This document shows positions 1 to 9,676 of a stretch of 64,000 bases of DNA, piece by piece. Made by a program: the position numbers and the translations under genes. Position 1 is the first letter of the stretch. Every line of letters begins with the position of its first letter. The stretch is from Klebsiella phage KMI7. The stretch lies in sequence record MN101221.1; one strand, given 5' to 3'. The notes beneath the pieces are model-generated. The model was given only the letters and a program-made list of their open reading frames with translations. It had not been told where the DNA came from and made no database searches.

Positions 1-804
1 TGCTTCATTGTCAAGAACCCAGACACGCATATTTTTATACGGAACCTCAGAAAGCGCAAGCTGTCCACCAGTGATAGCGCCAGCATTATCAACAAACAGG
101 CTATCTAATGGCCCCTCAAGAAGATAAACCGTTTTTAGCGGATCTATCGTATCCTGTCCGTAAATCTTAGTTGATTCCTCACAGGCTTTGATTGTGATAT
201 ATTTCGACTTAGCACCATCACGTAAAGCACGGCCCTGGAAAGATTCTATTTTACCTTTCTTATCGAAGATAGGGATCACTAATCTCGGTTCTGGTTTTGC
301 GATCGGATAGGTATCCGGATTCACAGTATTAACCAGTTGTTGCCATTCGCGAGTAAACCACAACCGATCCCACTTGTCACGGGGAATACAACGATTTTGC
401 ACATATTTTATGATCGGATGTTCATCCGGCAAGGTATCTAACCTTTCGCAGAATTGAAGAGTAGGAATAAATTTCTTCTCTTCCTTCGGTTGTTCTGTAT
501 GTGTTGGCTTTAACGAATTGCGATCCTTAAACGATTCCATGAGATAATCACGGTAATCGTCTGGATAATATTCTTTCAGGAATACGCTAAACGGTACACC
601 ATAACCACAGTTAAAACAACCACAATTCATATGATCGCCCTTTTTAGAAGGGTAGATCCAAAATCGTTTTTTGTACTTGTCTTTCATTGAGTCGCCGCAA
701 ATAGGGCAACGCGCATTGATGCTTAATGCCCCTGATTTACGAACGATTTCGCTTTGAGGCAATGATCCCATGATTCGGGTTGCAAATTCTATATCAAGAT
801 ACAT
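1..804 (-). CDS. 61: DNA primase gp61 (partial; C-terminal part runs off the window start)
   Basis: Minus-strand frame open from ATG at 804 to position 1 (hand-translated, not in ORF track). Translation MYLDIEF...CPICGDSMKDKYKKRFWIY...HMNCGCFNCGY shows the zinc-ribbon plus TOPRIM-like region typical of T4 gp61. Synteny: next to gene 41. Confidence 0.8.
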   Translation of the reverse strand, partial: MYLDIEFATRIMGSLPQSEIVRKSGALSINARCPICGDSMKDKYKKRFWIYPSKKGDHMNCGCFNCGYGVPFSVFLKEYYPDDYRDYLMESFKDRNSLKPTHTEQPKEEKKFIPTLQFCERLDTLPDEHPIIKYVQNRCIPRDKWDRLWFTREWQQLVNTVNPDTYPIAKPEPRLVIPIFDKKGKIESFQGRALRDGAKSKYITIKACEESTKIYGQDTIDPLKTVYLLEGPLDSLFVDNAGAITGGQLALSEVPYKNMRVWVLDNEA

Positions 805-807
805 TTC

Positions 808-1068
808 TTACCTCAGTTGACTATCTTTCGATCCTCGTCGATTATACCCGGCGCTGATCATTTCGTCATGTTCTTTTTGGCATTCAATACAATAACGGCA
901 ACCCTTCACGATAGCCCTACGCTTTTCGGGTATCGGATCCCCACAATCAAAACAATGCGTTAATGATTCTCCGTTTCTGATTTGAGAACGTGCAAAATCT
1001 ATCGCATTGTCTATTGTTGTCTGGATGGTATCTTGAACACCGTCAGCAGGGCCAAATCCAACCGCCAT
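808..1068 (-). CDS. DksA/TraR-family C4 zinc-finger protein
   Basis: 86 aa. CFDCGDPIPEKRRAIVKGCRYCIECQ gives CxxC-N17-CxxC spacing as in TraR/DksA C4 fingers. Confidence 0.55.
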   Translation of the reverse strand: MAVGFGPADGVQDTIQTTIDNAIDFARSQIRNGESLTHCFDCGDPIPEKRRAIVKGCRYCIECQKEHDEMISAGYNRRGSKDSQLR

Positions 1069-1123
1069 TGTAAATCCTCCTAATCAAATGATTTGAATAT
1101 CATAGACTAAGAGGATTTTTCTG

Positions 1124-1621
1124 TCAACTGGTTAATTTCTTTTTCTTTTTACCTGCACGGGTAACACCTAATACTTTCGGCCCGATGTTGGTTACTGCTC
1201 CAGTAGTCACACCAGAAGCAATCTTTTCCGGATCGCCGCCAGAATCGCCAGCGACCATATCCTCTAACATACGCCCCTTATCATAATATTCTTTGAGGCG
1301 TGGAACGTTCAGCATGATTTCTTCATGCTCTTGTTCCGTCAGATTGTAGCGATTGCGTAAGGTATCATATGAACTGGTTAAGTTCATAAATCCAGTCATA
1401 TACGGAACAGAATTCATTCGACGCTTGATATGGCGTACTGAACGATGAAAAGGAGAATACGCTTCTAACTCTTCTTTTGTTTTGGGGTTGCGAATTACTT
1501 CGCCTTGTCCATCAAGGATCCCCAGCTTGTAAGCAGTCCATTCAGTCCAGGGCTTTTTGAGTAGCCGGATCATCCGGACGCTATATGTTAAATCCATATT
1601 TTTAACTAATTGATCACTCAT
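1124..1621 (-). CDS. hypothetical protein (lysine-rich C-terminus)
   Basis: 165-aa ORF, tightly spaced with neighbours on the same strand. Confidence 0.45.
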   Translation of the reverse strand: MSDQLVKNMDLTYSVRMIRLLKKPWTEWTAYKLGILDGQGEVIRNPKTKEELEAYSPFHRSVRHIKRRMNSVPYMTGFMNLTSSYDTLRNRYNLTEQEHEEIMLNVPRLKEYYDKGRMLEDMVAGDSGGDPEKIASGVTTGAVTNIGPKVLGVTRAGKKKKKLTS

Positions 1622-1626
1622 GATTA

Positions 1627-2403
1627 TTACTCTATTGTGAAAGTGAATAAATCAGATTTGGTTTCAGGTTCAAACTCCATACAAACAACCTCGCATAGTG
1701 GTTTAACCCCTTTCCAATCCTCCAGGTAATACCCAGTATCTATACCGCATCCAGGATTCATAACAAGGCCAGTTTCATCAAGAAACTTTTTGCATTTACT
1801 TGATGTGGTGCTGTCATCTTGTCGGAAACAATGTGTTTTCGAATACCGGAAATTTGCAGACATTTGAGGGATTATGAAAGTTCCCTGACGCGCGATCTGT
1901 GATGCACGTTCGATTACTTTATACTCAAATTCTGCCCCTGTATACTTACCCTTAAAATCAGAGGTTTTGATTTTACCAAAAGGCGGATTACTGATCGCCA
2001 TATCAAACACCTGATTAAATTCAGTTGTTAAGGCGTCTCCATGCACCCAGGAGGCTTCTGGTACGATACGCTTACCTAACTCATAGTATGTGTGATTTAA
2101 CTCAACACAGACGATTTCACGCGGCGTATTGTACATCATGTAATGAACCATAGCGAAAGATAATCCACCGATACCAGCACACAGGTCAATAACGCTTCCA
2201 CCTGTGCAAGCATCGATTGTGAAATCGCGAGCAAGTCCAATAGGGGTAAAGAACGCCCCTAATTCAGAGTTGTTTGTAAACGCGCCTTCATGAAAGTTTT
2301 CGATAATGAACAACTTCTCTTCGTAAGTTAGCGCTTTGTCAGAGTGAACCAGATCCATTATCTGATTGTGTTTCTTGGTTTCCGCTTTCGTTAACTTTGC
2401 CAT
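1627..2403 (-). CDS. DNA N6-adenine (amino-) methyltransferase, gamma-type
   Basis: SAM motif I VIDLCAGIGGLSF, followed by catalytic motif IV NPPFG (EcoRI-methylase-like NPPF). ORF track extends to 2631; the likely true start is ATG 2403 (MAKLTKAETKK), which overlaps the upstream ORF. Confidence 0.7.
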   Translation of the reverse strand: MAKLTKAETKKHNQIMDLVHSDKALTYEEKLFIIENFHEGAFTNNSELGAFFTPIGLARDFTIDACTGGSVIDLCAGIGGLSFAMVHYMMYNTPREIVCVELNHTYYELGKRIVPEASWVHGDALTTEFNQVFDMAISNPPFGKIKTSDFKGKYTGAEFEYKVIERASQIARQGTFIIPQMSANFRYSKTHCFRQDDSTTSSKCKKFLDETGLVMNPGCGIDTGYYLEDWKGVKPLCEVVCMEFEPETKSDLFTFTIE

Positions 2404-2725
2404 TGTCCCAGCTATACAATAATGTTGATTCATTCGGATAGAATTCCCATCCGTCCACGTATCCGGTTTCCCAGTCAGTAGTTTGTTCAAAACCACAGAT
2501 CCATTCATACACACCCGGAGGCATTTCGATAGAATCAGGAAGCCCGATATCTTCCGCGCTGCGTCCACATTCAAAGAATGCATCGTGAATGAATGGTCGA
2601 GATAATACCGTAACATAACCTTCATCGTCAACAGCTACGATCCAGCGCGAACTGTGAGGACTATCGAACTTCGGTTCTTCGTCCATATCCGCTTTTATTT
2701 CAGCCTTACAAAAATCAATATTCAT
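2339..2725 (-). CDS. hypothetical acidic protein
   Basis: 128-aa ORF; C-terminus overlaps the methyltransferase start by about 65 nt. Confidence 0.45.
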   Translation of the reverse strand: MNIDFCKAEIKADMDEEPKFDSPHSSRWIVAVDDEGYVTVLSRPFIHDAFFECGRSAEDIGLPDSIEMPPGVYEWICGFEQTTDWETGYVDGWEFYPNESTLLYSWDNGKVNESGNQETQSDNGSGSL

Positions 2726-2958
2726 TTCAAACCCTCTTTAACACCCTCTTTCATGGCTTTCCAGGTAGAACCCGCTTCACCATTCAGGGCGGCGAATACA
2801 AATAGTAAGATAGCAAGGACAAGATTCACGCCAGCAATCACCATGATTTTGCTATACACGAAAATGTAAGGCATTGCCACCACCCACCAACTAAAAGAAT
2901 TACCAGTTACGATGTTGAGTGCTGCAAGTAAGAAAGTGATAACGAATGCGATTTTCAT
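2722..2958 (-). CDS. small integral membrane protein
   Basis: Strong SD AAGGAGG 7 nt upstream of ATG 2958 (MKIAFVITFLLAAL...); 2-3 predicted TM helices. Confidence 0.5.
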   Translation of the reverse strand: MKIAFVITFLLAALNIVTGNSFSWWVVAMPYIFVYSKIMVIAGVNLVLAILLFVFAALNGEAGSTWKAMKEGVKEGLK

Positions 2959-3022
2959 AATGTCCTCCTTTGTTATGATTAAGGTATCATCTTTTGTGAA
3001 AGAATGCAATACCTACAGATAC

Positions 3023-3050
3023 AAAAAAGCCCCTTTCGGGGCTTAATTTT
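3023..3050 (-). terminator. rho-independent terminator hairpin (GCCCCTTTCGGGGC plus T-run on minus strand)
   Basis: Perfect 5-bp GC stem with TTTC loop, flanked by A6/T-run. Lies immediately downstream of the 3050-3304 gene. Confidence 0.5.
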
Positions 3051-3304
3051 TATGCGTTATTGATGAGATACCGAAGAACGTTTTTCGCTTGTTCCTCATT
3101 ACAACCAACTTTGAAACCAGGTTCGATAGGGAGGAAGTTCCAGAGGAAATCAACACTTCCTTCAACGTCATCTTTGCCTTTTTCCAGCATCGCTAACAGT
3201 AAACCTTTGTTTTTGATGCTGTTTACGATTGCGTCAAAATAACCATCGCTGAAATCAACATTCGGGTTCAGCATTTCGTTGTAAGGGTTGTTGAATACGT
3301 TCAT
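3050..3304 (-). CDS. hypothetical protein
   Basis: 84-aa ORF. Confidence 0.45.
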   Translation of the reverse strand: MNVFNNPYNEMLNPNVDFSDGYFDAIVNSIKNKGLLLAMLEKGKDDVEGSVDFLWNFLPIEPGFKVGCNEEQAKNVLRYLINNA

Positions 3305-3384
3305 TTTGAATCTCCTTTGTTTAACTCAGTATCTTGTCTACGTGAGTTATATTACCACAATGGAGATTCAGGTCAATACCTTTT

Positions 3385-3654
3385 TTACGATTTTTTGAAA
3401 AATTTTTCGTATTTGGCTTTTACCCAGCGATACATATCTTCGGCCTTGTCACTGGAAATCAGTGAGAACAGCAGATAGATCGCAATACCCACCAACACAA
3501 CGCCTACAACAATGTAGACGGGTAATAGAACTGGGAAGAGAACCCAGAACCATGACATTTGCGAGAAGCCGAACACTTTAGCGGCTGCAAAAATCAGAGT
3601 TAGTCCAGTTAGCAGTTTGATAGCCGGAATCGGAATCGTTATAGTCTTAGTCAT
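3385..3654 (-). CDS. small integral membrane protein
   Basis: 89 aa with 2-3 hydrophobic helices (LLTGLTLIFAAA..., VLLPVYIVVGVVLVGIAIYLLF). Confidence 0.5.
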   Translation of the reverse strand: MTKTITIPIPAIKLLTGLTLIFAAAKVFGFSQMSWFWVLFPVLLPVYIVVGVVLVGIAIYLLFSLISSDKAEDMYRWVKAKYEKFFKKS

Positions 3655-3658
3655 TTCA

Positions 3659-3868
3659 TTACCTTACATTTTTTGCAATAAACAGTGTTAAACGCGGGAA
3701 TACGTTTGATAGAATGATCATTCTCAGTACAAAACCACCTACTAACACCAACAGCGGAGAACAAACCAACCACCAGGAAGCAGTAGCCATAACGCCGATT
3801 GCTGCTAATTTTAGGTATACCATCACACCAAACAAAATAATTAATATAAGTTTCATTTTAGATTCCAT
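3659..3868 (-). CDS. small membrane protein (start uncertain: 3868 or 3856)
   Basis: Hydrophobic 70-78-aa ORF immediately after a stem-loop that follows the gp41 stop. Confidence 0.4.
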   Translation of the reverse strand: MESKMKLILIILFGVMVYLKLAAIGVMATASWWLVCSPLLVLVGGFVLRMIILSNVFPRLTLFIAKNVR

Positions 3869-3895
3869 TGTAGGGGCTTTTTCGCCCCCAGTCAA

Positions 3896-5332
3896 TTAAA
3901 ATTGAATGTCAGATTTTGCAATCTGTGCCATTTTATCACGTCGGGTAGATTCAGCCTGTTTAATCATCGGGCCTTGTGTCTGTTCTACTGTTTTAGGCAT
4001 AGTGTTGCCGTGGTAGTCAGATTTAAACCCGTATTCGCTGTTGTCGGTATCCATCCAGCGCTGATTACCCTTGCGAACTTCCAACTTGAACTTGTTGAAA
4101 GTGTTCTTATCGCCATAACGGGATTTGATTTGCTTGAACAGTTGCATACCCTGATCAGCTAACTCTTCCGTCTCGATTACAGCTAACATAAAATCAGCCG
4201 TAGCAGGTAAACCAGCGGATTCCGCAACATCACCCATACTCACATCCGAACTATCCCATGCAGAACGACCAACCTGTGCGCCTGTCCACATTACGGTATT
4301 AGTTTCAACAGCAAGACCGCGTAGTTCTTCGGCAATTGCTTTAACCAGAATATAGGTATTCTCAGCACCTTTAACACGGGTTGAAGTACAGATCCCCAGG
4401 TAATCGACAATGATCACATCCGGAACAAACTGTTTCTTCAATTTAAGCTCTTTCACAAGCGCTCTAAAGTGGTTTGCACCTGCACCCGATGTAGGGTACT
4501 GCTTAACCACCAAACGCCCAACCTTACCCGCTTTAAGGCGCTCCATTTTGTTCTTATAGTCTGCGTATGTAATGTTCCCTTCGTCGATGTCATCCATAGT
4601 CACATCAAGAAGGTTAGCATCGATACGCTTAGAGCAAACATGCTCTGCCATTTCCATAGAAATGTAAAGAACGTTTTTACCCTGTTGCAGATAATCAGCC
4701 GCAAGAGAACATAAGCCCAGTGATTTACCAACGTTAACACCAGCCATGATGATATTCAGTGTACCACGTTCCGCGCCGCCTTTGGTGATTGCGTTCAGGA
4801 TCGGGATACCAAACGGAATTTTCATCGCCTTCGATTGGTAAAGCATCCACCGTTTTTCATAATCTTCGAAATAGTCATGACCTACTGAACTATCGAATGA
4901 AATTGCTAATGCTTCCTCCATGATTTCAGGGATAGCCCCAACACCAGGAAGTTTCTTGTTCTGTTCTGTCAGTGGTTTTTCTGCGTTCGCCTGGATCTCA
5001 ATTGCGCGAGAAAGAGCACGATACATTGCTTTGTCTTTGCAATATGTTTCCGTTTCCTTCATTAGCCAATCTAAATCTTCTGGCGCATTTTTCAGCGACT
5101 GAATCGCCTTTTTCGTGTCTTCGTAGACTACATCACTTAGATTTCGTTTGTCAAGCGCAACCTCTAAAGCAGTTTTTGACGGAATGCCGTTGAATTCCTG
5201 TACATGTTTATCAATGAGGTCAAACAAAACTTGCGCATTGCCTTCGAAATATTCCTTTTTCAGATGGGGCCATGCTTGGACAAAATATGTCCCGTTATAA
5301 ATCAGGTTAGAAAATATTGTATCAACGATCAT
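3896..5332 (-). CDS. 41: replicative DNA helicase gp41 (DnaB-like)
   Basis: 478 aa (T4 gp41 is 475 aa). Walker A GVNVGKS, RecA-like core; synteny with 61 and uvsX. Confidence 0.9.
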   Translation of the reverse strand: MIVDTIFSNLIYNGTYFVQAWPHLKKEYFEGNAQVLFDLIDKHVQEFNGIPSKTALEVALDKRNLSDVVYEDTKKAIQSLKNAPEDLDWLMKETETYCKDKAMYRALSRAIEIQANAEKPLTEQNKKLPGVGAIPEIMEEALAISFDSSVGHDYFEDYEKRWMLYQSKAMKIPFGIPILNAITKGGAERGTLNIIMAGVNVGKSLGLCSLAADYLQQGKNVLYISMEMAEHVCSKRIDANLLDVTMDDIDEGNITYADYKNKMERLKAGKVGRLVVKQYPTSGAGANHFRALVKELKLKKQFVPDVIIVDYLGICTSTRVKGAENTYILVKAIAEELRGLAVETNTVMWTGAQVGRSAWDSSDVSMGDVAESAGLPATADFMLAVIETEELADQGMQLFKQIKSRYGDKNTFNKFKLEVRKGNQRWMDTDNSEYGFKSDYHGNTMPKTVEQTQGPMIKQAESTRRDKMAQIAKSDIQF

Positions 5333-5341
5333 TGTATTGCC

Positions 5342-5662
5342 TTATACCAGGTTGCTGAACATCATGAAAAAGTTGTAAACCTTTTGTTTGAATACATCCC
5401 ATAATGTCAGTTTAGGCTTTGGGACAACTGAACCCTTTTCAAGCTCTTTAATCTGTGCATAAATTGCATCATGCACCAGCGGGATCAACGCTTCTTTGTC
5501 TTCGTCTGGGGTACTGAATTCTACTTTCAGCCCATGATCCCAAAACACCTTATGAATATAAACCAGATGCGCAACACCTTTTTCATCGTTAATCAGAAGT
5601 TCCTGAATAACATCTTTCATCGCTTCATCAATATAATTCTTTGCTTTGCTCTCGATATCCAT
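5342..5662 (-). CDS. hypothetical protein in the gene-40 position (possible gp40-like)
   Basis: 106 aa between uvsX and 41, as gene 40 is in T4. No sequence motif recognised. Confidence 0.35.
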   Translation of the reverse strand: MDIESKAKNYIDEAMKDVIQELLINDEKGVAHLVYIHKVFWDHGLKVEFSTPDEDKEALIPLVHDAIYAQIKELEKGSVVPKPKLTLWDVFKQKVYNFFMMFSNLV

Positions 5663-5698
5663 ACATTGCCTCGGTTATGGGGCCGAAGCCCCATATTT

Positions 5699-6856
5699 TT
5701 ATAAAATTTCGTCGTTTTCTTCGATATCATCAAATGATTCTGGGATATCGTCATCATCCAGATCAGGATCTGGGATGCTATCAGTGCTGTATAAATCTTC
5801 CAGCGCGGAACCATCGCTGATTTCACGATCTGGGATCTTATACTTTTCTTCGATAGCTTTCAAGAATGGTTGATGAGTAAACAGAGGACGCCAGAATTCA
5901 ACGCTATTTGTTTCTGACTCACGCCATTTCTTTTCTTCAACTTCGAGTTCGCCAGTCTCAGTATTCAGGAAAGCGCGGTTGCGCCATCCTTTGGTTACGG
6001 TCTGTACAAAGTTCATTTCCATTGCCAGATCCAAAAGGCCAGAATACATACTAATACCGCCTTCATAGGTAACATGCAGCGGGAATTTTGATTTCTCTTT
6101 CACGAATCGAGATTTTTCGATGTTCATGATGAAATCATAACCCACTACCTCAGTACCTTCTTTCACCTGTTGTTTACCCAGGATGATCGCAGTATCAGCG
6201 GAATACATTAAACCAGTACCACCGGAAATAACTTTCTTGCTGTACATTTCTTGTGTGTCATAGGTATGACAGATACAAACCATCGGGATATCCAGGTCAG
6301 CCAGATAAGGCGTAACCATACGGAACATACCTTTTAATGCTTTTGCTCGCGTCATATCCTGTTTATCGTTATCAGACAGCGCGTCAGCAAGTTCTTTTTT
6401 ACTTGCCGTGTTGCCTACTGAGTCAACGAATACAATCACCTTATCACCGCGTTCAAGCGCGTTAAGCTGGCTTACAACGTCATTACGCAACTGCTCGACC
6501 GTCGTGATACGAGTATACACAACACGATCCGGATCAACACCCATTGATTTCAGATAGGATTTAGTAACACCTTTTTCTGAATCGTAGAACAGGCACACAG
6601 CATCTTCATACGTTTTGAGATAAGCCGCTACAGTCAGCAAACCTAAGTTGGATTTGAAGTGTTTGGACGGGCCAGCGAAAAGGGTAAGACCAGAAGTTAG
6701 GCCACCGTTAAACGCACCGGACAACGCCAGATTCAGAATCGGCACACGGGTTCGCGTGATGGTAATATTGTTGAATACGTCGCTTTCAGAAAGTACAGAT
6801 GCAGTTTGGCTATTCGAGTTTTTGATCAGTTTTTTTAGTAGTGCTTTGTTTGACAT
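5699..6856 (-). CDS. uvsX: UvsX recombinase (RecA-like)
   Basis: 385 aa (T4 UvsX is 391 aa). RecA-fold motifs, acidic C-terminal tail DDDDIPESFDDIEENDEIL. Confidence 0.9.
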   Translation of the reverse strand: MSNKALLKKLIKNSNSQTASVLSESDVFNNITITRTRVPILNLALSGAFNGGLTSGLTLFAGPSKHFKSNLGLLTVAAYLKTYEDAVCLFYDSEKGVTKSYLKSMGVDPDRVVYTRITTVEQLRNDVVSQLNALERGDKVIVFVDSVGNTASKKELADALSDNDKQDMTRAKALKGMFRMVTPYLADLDIPMVCICHTYDTQEMYSKKVISGGTGLMYSADTAIILGKQQVKEGTEVVGYDFIMNIEKSRFVKEKSKFPLHVTYEGGISMYSGLLDLAMEMNFVQTVTKGWRNRAFLNTETGELEVEEKKWRESETNSVEFWRPLFTHQPFLKAIEEKYKIPDREISDGSALEDLYSTDSIPDPDLDDDDIPESFDDIEENDEIL

Positions 6857-6930
6857 TTAATTTTTCCGATTTATTCATTGTCATTCTATATATCTCACTA
6901 GTTAATGAAAGGGGCCGAAGCCCCTAGAGT

Positions 6931-9630
6931 TTACCAGTCACCAAACAGGTCGTTTAAACTGGCACGTTTTTCATAATCAATTTTACATACTTCTGTGATG
7001 TTAGTCAATGGACTAATAACATGTTTTTCAAACATACCCGGATAATCTACCCATGCGAGAATATCACTTTCGATCTCTGCTGGTAGTCTATTTCCGGATT
7101 GCCACGCGATGCAATCAGCTTGCCACGGGTTTTTATCCCTTAGTGGTAGAACCATTACCTTTTCACCTTCCATGATTGGCGTAACACCATCAATACAAGC
7201 AGTGAAACGGTTAAAGAACAGCACCCCTTTAATATGGTTTGGTGTTCCTTTTATTGGATATCCAGCCCCATCACGATATTTCGAAATGTTGTTGGCAGAT
7301 GATACACCAGCAATTTCCCTGTAGTCAAGTGCCTTATATTCTTCTTCGAACTTTTTATAATGTTCGTGCAAAGATAATTCACCTTCTTGCAGGATACGGC
7401 GGATCGCTTCTTTCAGGAATACTTTCACAGAGGTCGGAGTACTCGATCGCTGTGTTTCCATACCCATGATTTTCAATTTCGGTTTTTCATAGCGGGTTCC
7501 TTCGGAGTCCCACACGTTAGCCGCATATCGTTTTTTAGCAGTCCAGAAACTTCCCAACCCTTCGGAACCCAACGGAGGCCCAGAAATGATTTCACGATCC
7601 ATAAACATCAGGTGTTCCACGTTGTTCATGTATTCGCAAAGTTCACGATACCCTTTATCGATCATCGGTTCCATTCTTTCTTTAGCAAAGCGATCCAGGA
7701 AGTCAACCCAATGGTTATTATCCTTAAATTTAGCCTCACCGCCAACTTTTGCAATCACATTATCCATGCAAACATAAATGGAGTCAGTATCACAGTATCG
7801 AACGTATGCATGATCCGTAGTACCGCACAGGTCGTTAAGGTATTCGTTTACCTTACGTTCAATCCACTGGATAGCCAACTGCCCGAACATGGTGATCGCG
7901 CTGGCGTTTCGTAGATCGAAGTATCGGAAGTGTTCATTACCCAACGCACCATAAAGGGAGTTGATAGAAATCTTACGGTTAAGCTGTGCGGTGTTCGCTT
8001 GTGCGATCTTCTTCTCACACACGCGCTTAACTGCTTTAAGCATTTGTTTAGTAAGAGTTTTCAGAACTGCTTTCGATTCATCACTGAAATCTGTATAGAA
8101 ATCAAAATCAGGATCAACCATTTGGTTATGCGCGTCCGTTAAGTGTTCGAGTTCATGCTTGATGAGTTCAAGATTTCGCTCACCCGCCATCATTCGTTTT
8201 TTCCACATCTTACGCTGATCAAATACTTTCTTGATCTCTACTGGGATCACGCCTTTGATATCACGGCGGAACATCCACCCGTTAGGAGAACAGCTAAATT
8301 CATCGCTAGGGCGCGGCGCGGTCTTATTAATATACTCTTCAAGAGCACGTACCGCAAAACTTCCCATAATCGTTTCAGGGCTTATATTCACCTGTCGGAT
8401 GATGGAAGGGTACAGGCTTGTTAAGTCGAACGATACCATGTATTTGTAAGGCCCAGGAACAGGATCCTTCACAAATGCCCCAGGGTAAGGGGTTTTAGTA
8501 TGGCGTCTGTTTTCCGGAATAACAACCTTATCTTCACGCAGAGAGTTATAAATGATCGCGTCCCACGTTTTCAGTGGAGACATAACCCCAGGGAAGTTAA
8601 TTTTTGCATAGTACGCTACAGACAGAACCAGTTCAATAAAGTTTCGTTTACCATCGATATCAAGTACACGGATAACGTCAACAATGTTGTACGTGATGTA
8701 CAGTTGGTGATCTCGCTGTCGTAGTTCAGACAGGGAACCTTCATACTCAACTTTATTTTTACCAGTTTCGTATTCCGCGATCGCGTCCAGGCGGTAAGAT
8801 GGTTGCGGGGTAAAACTGAATTTCTTATACAGTGCCATACCATCCATTTGAGCAACGCCGGAAATGTCATATCCTAACTGTTCGTTGCCGTAAGCGTCGG
8901 TAGTGGTTCTGGCGGTTACTTTACCAAATGGGCTAAAATGCCTTACTACGTTTTGACCGAAAATGTTCAGGTATCGCGTGATGATATATGCAATATCGAA
9001 TTTGTCAGAGTTCCATCCGGTTACAATAACAGGGGTTCGCTCTTTCCAATCTTTGATATACGCAGACAATAACGACTTCTCGGTCTGGAAAGACCGATAA
9101 ACAATTTTGTTTAAATCTTCTTCGCTAATATCTTTTCGGTCAACGTTTGCCGCGCACCATTCAGCAAGACAACCCTCAACCAGATCGTATACATAGAATT
9201 TATCTTCGATGCTATCGTAATGGGTTATCGCATCGATTGGATATTTTGCTTCACGTGGATCCGGAAATTCTGGGGCGGTCACCTCGATATCGAGAGAAGC
9301 AATACGAATATGTTCGCGGTTGTATTCAATTTCATTCCGGTACATGTCAGAAATGTAAGCCAGTCGGTAATCATCCATACCTAGCGCTTCCATCCCAACA
9401 TCGCGCATACGTTGCATCCAGTTTTTAGCTTCTTTGATGCTGTCAAACTGTTTTTTGAGGCAAGGCTTGCCGTAAATGTCTTTGTAGGGGGTTTCTACGC
9501 CATTCATAGCGTGTTGATACATTACGGGCGCATATTTCGTCTTACGTACCTGTTCGGTGCCGTTAGAGTCAACGAAGCGCTCATAAATGGTATCTCCCAT
9601 TTGTTCAACTGATAGGTAAAATTCATTCAT
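6931..9630 (-). CDS. 43: DNA polymerase gp43 (family B)
   Basis: 899 aa (T4 gp43 is 898 aa). Exo motifs (DIE), polymerase motifs (SLYPS, YGDTDS-like CDTDS). Confidence 0.95.
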   Translation of the reverse strand: MNEFYLSVEQMGDTIYERFVDSNGTEQVRKTKYAPVMYQHAMNGVETPYKDIYGKPCLKKQFDSIKEAKNWMQRMRDVGMEALGMDDYRLAYISDMYRNEIEYNREHIRIASLDIEVTAPEFPDPREAKYPIDAITHYDSIEDKFYVYDLVEGCLAEWCAANVDRKDISEEDLNKIVYRSFQTEKSLLSAYIKDWKERTPVIVTGWNSDKFDIAYIITRYLNIFGQNVVRHFSPFGKVTARTTTDAYGNEQLGYDISGVAQMDGMALYKKFSFTPQPSYRLDAIAEYETGKNKVEYEGSLSELRQRDHQLYITYNIVDVIRVLDIDGKRNFIELVLSVAYYAKINFPGVMSPLKTWDAIIYNSLREDKVVIPENRRHTKTPYPGAFVKDPVPGPYKYMVSFDLTSLYPSIIRQVNISPETIMGSFAVRALEEYINKTAPRPSDEFSCSPNGWMFRRDIKGVIPVEIKKVFDQRKMWKKRMMAGERNLELIKHELEHLTDAHNQMVDPDFDFYTDFSDESKAVLKTLTKQMLKAVKRVCEKKIAQANTAQLNRKISINSLYGALGNEHFRYFDLRNASAITMFGQLAIQWIERKVNEYLNDLCGTTDHAYVRYCDTDSIYVCMDNVIAKVGGEAKFKDNNHWVDFLDRFAKERMEPMIDKGYRELCEYMNNVEHLMFMDREIISGPPLGSEGLGSFWTAKKRYAANVWDSEGTRYEKPKLKIMGMETQRSSTPTSVKVFLKEAIRRILQEGELSLHEHYKKFEEEYKALDYREIAGVSSANNISKYRDGAGYPIKGTPNHIKGVLFFNRFTACIDGVTPIMEGEKVMVLPLRDKNPWQADCIAWQSGNRLPAEIESDILAWVDYPGMFEKHVISPLTNITEVCKIDYEKRASLNDLFGDW

Positions 9631-9676
9631 TGGATCTTGTCTTCTCCATTAATATAATGTTCCATTGTAACACCAC

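Noticed and set aside
7109-9612. Many plus-strand ORFs of 60-175 aa inside the gp43 gene (for example 7387-7914, 8143-8424, 9147-9428)
   Set aside because: They lie antisense within a clearly homologous 899-aa DNA polymerase. They are low-complexity, lack SD/start context and show no synteny, so they are spurious antisense ORFs. The same applies to antisense ORFs inside 41, uvsX, 44, 46, gp5 and gp7.
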